DNA from: a bacterium
GTDB taxonomy: Bacteria; Margulisbacteria; Marinamargulisbacteria; GCA-2716485; JAYNIM01
Reading direction: 5' to 3'
Assembly: GCA_038109055.1 (NCBI GenBank)
Contig: JAYNIM010000001.1
Coordinates: 459,365-523,364, forward strand
Length of the DNA: 64,000 bases
Below the pieces are notes generated by a model that made no database searches, was not told the origin of the DNA, and worked only from the letters and a program-made list of their open reading frames with translations. Of this stretch, positions 61,047 through 64,000 are shown piece by piece; position 1 is the stretch's first letter; every line of letters begins with the position of its first letter. Position numbers and translations under genes: made by a program.

Positions 61047-62260
61047 GCCTCTGTACTAATATGTGTTAACCTATCTAAATCAAAATTTGGACATAACAAT
61101 TCTTTTACCGGGATCTTTTTATCCATATATTTCACACCTTTAACTTTATAGTTAATGGCTTCCATTTGCTTTATTAAATCTGGAACCAAACTTGAAATTA
61201 TCCGTTTTGTTTCTCCGTCTTTGCTATTAAACGTATATATTAGCGTATTCTCTATGACATTGATCACAATACTTAATTCCCCAATATTTTCTGTTTCAAA
61301 CTTAATGATCATGGTTGTTTTATCTTCATTTATCTGTGAGTTTTGTTTATTATTTCGTTTTTGAATGAGGATATCCATATTATTTACTGGCGAGGCTAAT
61401 AAATTTGGTATTTGCCAAAAATGAAACAAGTCTGCCTTAATCATAAACTGTGACTCTTTGGATAAGACCAAATAAGCTAAACTATGATCAATATATTTTT
61501 CTAGTGATTTTTGCGTTTTCTCAAAAACTTCTTTGAGGCTTTGTTGTTGATATACATCTTTTATTTGAGTCAGTATTTTTTTATCCATCCCTTTTAGAAG
61601 ACTCAAAAACAGTTTCGACTCTTTCATTAACCCAACATATTTTTCAACTTTAAAATTCAGCATGTTCTTTTTATCAAATCTGTAAAATTGTAACTTCTCA
61701 TCTATTGCCGCTACTATCGCCGCTAAATGTTGCGTAAAAGCAGGACTCAATCCATCCTTAGAGGCGTGCATCGCTGCTTGTAATGCTTGTAAGTTTTGCT
61801 GTAATTGTTTGACTGTCCCTGTTAAATCTAATTCATTTGATAAAAATTGTTTTAACACAGAAATACTTTTACCGTTCCCTTTTAAATTTTTAGCAATTGA
61901 TAAGACGATAGACTCTAAATCCTTTGATGACGTCTTTCCTTTCATCAAATTATCAATTATTTCAAAATAATCTTGATTCAAAGGAACTCCATAAGAAAGC
62001 ATCGTCATGCCAATCCTCATATTATCAACATTGGGACTCTTACCAAAACTTAAGAGTTGATTCATGATGTCATCTTTCGAATAGGGCTGTCGTTTACTTT
62101 CTGTTTTTTTTGTTGTTGAACGCACATCTTCTGATTGTGCTGTATGAATAGATGATACATTCGTTTCGTGACTTGTCTTTGATAGGGATCTACTTTGAGA
62201 TTCCTCCGGAAGCTTGGGAGGTTGCGCACGATGTGATGAACCGGGAACTGATAAATTCAT
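61043..62260 (-). CDS. FliK-like protein (C-terminal hook-length-control-type domain)
   Basis: Low-complexity N-terminus; C-terminal IIKFETENIGELSIVI...TFNS...L.KQMEAINYKV; coupled to the FlhB-like gene. Confidence 0.65.
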   Translation of the reverse strand: MNLSVPGSSHRAQPPKLPEESQSRSLSKTSHETNVSSIHTAQSEDVRSTTKKTESKRQPYSKDDIMNQLLSFGKSPNVDNMRIGMTMLSYGVPLNQDYFEIIDNLMKGKTSSKDLESIVLSIAKNLKGNGKSISVLKQFLSNELDLTGTVKQLQQNLQALQAAMHASKDGLSPAFTQHLAAIVAAIDEKLQFYRFDKKNMLNFKVEKYVGLMKESKLFLSLLKGMDKKILTQIKDVYQQQSLKEVFEKTQKSLEKYIDHSLAYLVLSKESQFMIKADLFHFWQIPNLLASPVNNMDILIQKRNNKQNSQINEDKTTMIIKFETENIGELSIVINVIENTLIYTFNSKDGETKRIISSLVPDLIKQMEAINYKVKGVKYMDKKIPVKELLCPNFDLDRLTHISTEA

Positions 62261-62322
62261 AGTTGGTACCTTCTTTTAGTATATCATATTCCTGTATAAA
62301 AACTAAAAAAAAGGTTCTGAAA

Positions 62323-63171
62323 CTACGAAATTAATTTCTGATAACCTTCTGCGATACGTAATGTCAGATGTTTTGACTTTAGTTGTGGATAGCCCTTCAC
62401 ATGTTGAATAGAGACAACACCTCTTAAGGCATTTGTCAAAAATATTTCGTCAAAGTCATTTAACTCTGATAGTGTTACGGGCCTTAGGATAATCTCTATA
62501 TTTAATTTATCTTGGTTATTTAGCAAGAACTGGCGAGTGACGCCTGTTAAGACGCAATTCGATTTAGGGGTTATCACTTGTTGCCCCTTAATAAAGAATA
62601 AGTTTGCTAAGGCTGTTTCTAAAATATAGTTGTCTGCATCATACAATAGGACATCATCATAATCTTCTTCACTAAAGCGCAATTCCAACCAATTTTTCAT
62701 CCATGCCATGGTTTTTAAACAATCTAATGGCGTCCGTTGAAACGATTCTTGCTTTACGTCCAATTTGATTCCATCTTTTAAACTTTCTTTTTCATAAGGC
62801 CGTAATACCATAAGGAGCATTGGCTTTTGTTCACTTTTTTTAACCAGTAATCCCGAACGGTTCCCTGCACTTAAGTAGATATTTAACACAGCTTCTTTAG
62901 CCTTGTTCTTTTTAATAAGAACGTCTACAGCTTCGCATATTGCGTCTTGATCCCAGTTGATATTGATATCGAGCATTAAACTACTGCGACGTAATCGTGT
63001 ACAGTGATCTCTGATAAGTCTTGGCCGACCTTCTTTCACTAAAATACTTTCAAAAAGGCCGTAACCATATAAAAAACCCATATCTAAATATGGAAAGCCG
63101 AGACTTTCTTGAGGTTTAGTTTCTAAATTGACTGATACATAGGGGTAAACGTCTTGTTTTATTTGTTCCAT
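62323..63171 (-). CDS. Class IV PLP aminotransferase (PabC/IlvE family)
   Basis: DMGFLYGYGLFESI, LKT (PLP Lys), ETALANLF, LTGVTR, FLTNALRG. Confidence 0.9.
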   Translation of the reverse strand: MEQIKQDVYPYVSVNLETKPQESLGFPYLDMGFLYGYGLFESILVKEGRPRLIRDHCTRLRRSSLMLDININWDQDAICEAVDVLIKKNKAKEAVLNIYLSAGNRSGLLVKKSEQKPMLLMVLRPYEKESLKDGIKLDVKQESFQRTPLDCLKTMAWMKNWLELRFSEEDYDDVLLYDADNYILETALANLFFIKGQQVITPKSNCVLTGVTRQFLLNNQDKLNIEIILRPVTLSELNDFDEIFLTNALRGVVSIQHVKGYPQLKSKHLTLRIAEGYQKLIS

Positions 63172-63199
63172 TGTGTGGCAAGTATACCTCTTTTTCTTG

Positions 63200-64000
63200 T
63201 TATTTGTCTAATTTTAACACCGATAAAAAGGCTTCTTTTGGAACCTCAACAGACCCAATTTGTTTCATTTTCTTTTTGCCTTTTTTTTGTTTTTCTAATA
63301 ATTTCCGTTTTCTGGAAATATCTCCTCCATAACATTTTGCTGTGACATTTTTTCGCATCGCAGAGATGGTTTCACGACAGATTACTTTTGCACCAATAGC
63401 CGCTTGTAAAGGGACTTCGAACATTTGTCGTGGGATCAATGTCTTGAGTTTTTCTACAATTTTTCGCCCCAGAGTTTCGGCATTTTGCGCGTGACAAATA
63501 AATGATAACGCATCAACGGGTTCGGCTTTGATCAAAATATCAACCTTGACGAGTTTCGTTTCGACATACCCTTTAAAGCTATAATCCATACTGGCATAGC
63601 CTTTTGTGGCTGATTTCAGTCTGTCAAAAAAGGCATGAATGAGTTCGTTTAAGGGTATATCAACATGCAGTACTTGTCGCGTTCCATCTAAAAGTTCTGA
63701 TTTTTTGTACAGGCCTCTGTTCTCTTTAACCAAGTCGTTTACAACCCCCAAATAATTATTGGGCGTGACGATTGCCAGCTCCATCAAGGGTTCTTTCATG
63801 GTTTCAATCTCTGTTACCTGCGGAAATTGACTTGGATTTTCTACTTTGATGAGCGTCCCATCTGTTTTTCTGATTTCATAGGTGACGTTTGGGGCGGTGA
63901 TAATTAGTTCGATTCCAAACTCGCGTTGGATACGCTCTTGGGTAATTTCCATATGTAGTAGACCTAAAAACCCACAACGAAAACCAAAGCCCAAGGCCTG
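63200..64000 (-). CDS. lepA: Elongation factor 4, 3' part (gene begins beyond window)
   Basis: [50 protein letters not shown]. Confidence 0.97.
   Translation of the reverse strand, partial: QALGFGFRCGFLGLLHMEITQERIQREFGIELIITAPNVTYEIRKTDGTLIKVENPSQFPQVTEIETMKEPLMELAIVTPNNYLGVVNDLVKENRGLYKKSELLDGTRQVLHVDIPLNELIHAFFDRLKSATKGYASMDYSFKGYVETKLVKVDILIKAEPVDALSFICHAQNAETLGRKIVEKLKTLIPRQMFEVPLQAAIGAKVICRETISAMRKNVTAKCYGGDISRKRKLLEKQKKGKKKMKQIGSVEVPKEAFLSVLKLDK

Noticed and set aside
51552..62260. Injectisome (non-flagellar T3SS) or simple pseudogenised flagellar operon
   Set aside because: It has flagellum-specific FlgA/H/I and rod genes and no secretin or needle; all ORFs are open and tightly coupled, with no visible frameshifts
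1144..63345. Numerous 60-130 aa ORFs overlapping larger genes (e.g. 3630-3998, 52704-53081, 56949-57332)
   Set aside because: Antisense or alternate-frame shadows of well-supported genes with no recognisable motifs
1..64000. tRNA/rRNA, CRISPR arrays, IS elements, prophage genes
   Set aside because: No such motifs, spaced repeats, transposases or integrases seen; intergenic gaps are short and AT-rich (visual inspection only)

Overview
AT-rich bacterial chromosome segment. I saw no RNA genes, CRISPR arrays or mobile elements. 1-21.8 kb is a surface-glycan region: a legionaminic-acid-type (leg/neu) cluster carrying an N-formyltransferase, a UbiA/DprE1/DprE2 polyprenyl-phospho-arabinose cassette, a fused WbpB-WbpD, aminotransferases, GT2/GT-C transferases and decayed gene remnants. 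21.8-51.5 kb holds housekeeping genes (tsaD, rpoN, ispD, trpAB, rpsA, proS, hisS, hisA, rlmN, holB, rpsU, lnt), a complete nqrABCDEF operon, and an exbB-exbD-tonB operon with an SLH/coiled-coil protein. 51.5-62.3 kb is the highlight: a heavily remodelled flagellar basal-body cluster. FlgB, FlgC, FlgF and a FlgJ-like protein carry Sec-type N-terminal signal sequences, although these are normally type III export substrates. The FlgJ-like protein is fused to a copy of the FliF RBM3 ring domain, FliF lacks the beta-collar insertion, and FliG has lost its C-terminal torque domain. No hook, filament, stator or core export genes lie in the cluster. This suggests a non-rotating, flagellum-derived trans-envelope apparatus. 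A four-domain S1 and an SLH protein together with outer-membrane markers suggest a diderm Terrabacteria lineage, possibly Margulisbacteria-like (inference only). All family assignments come from motif recognition by eye, not database searches.
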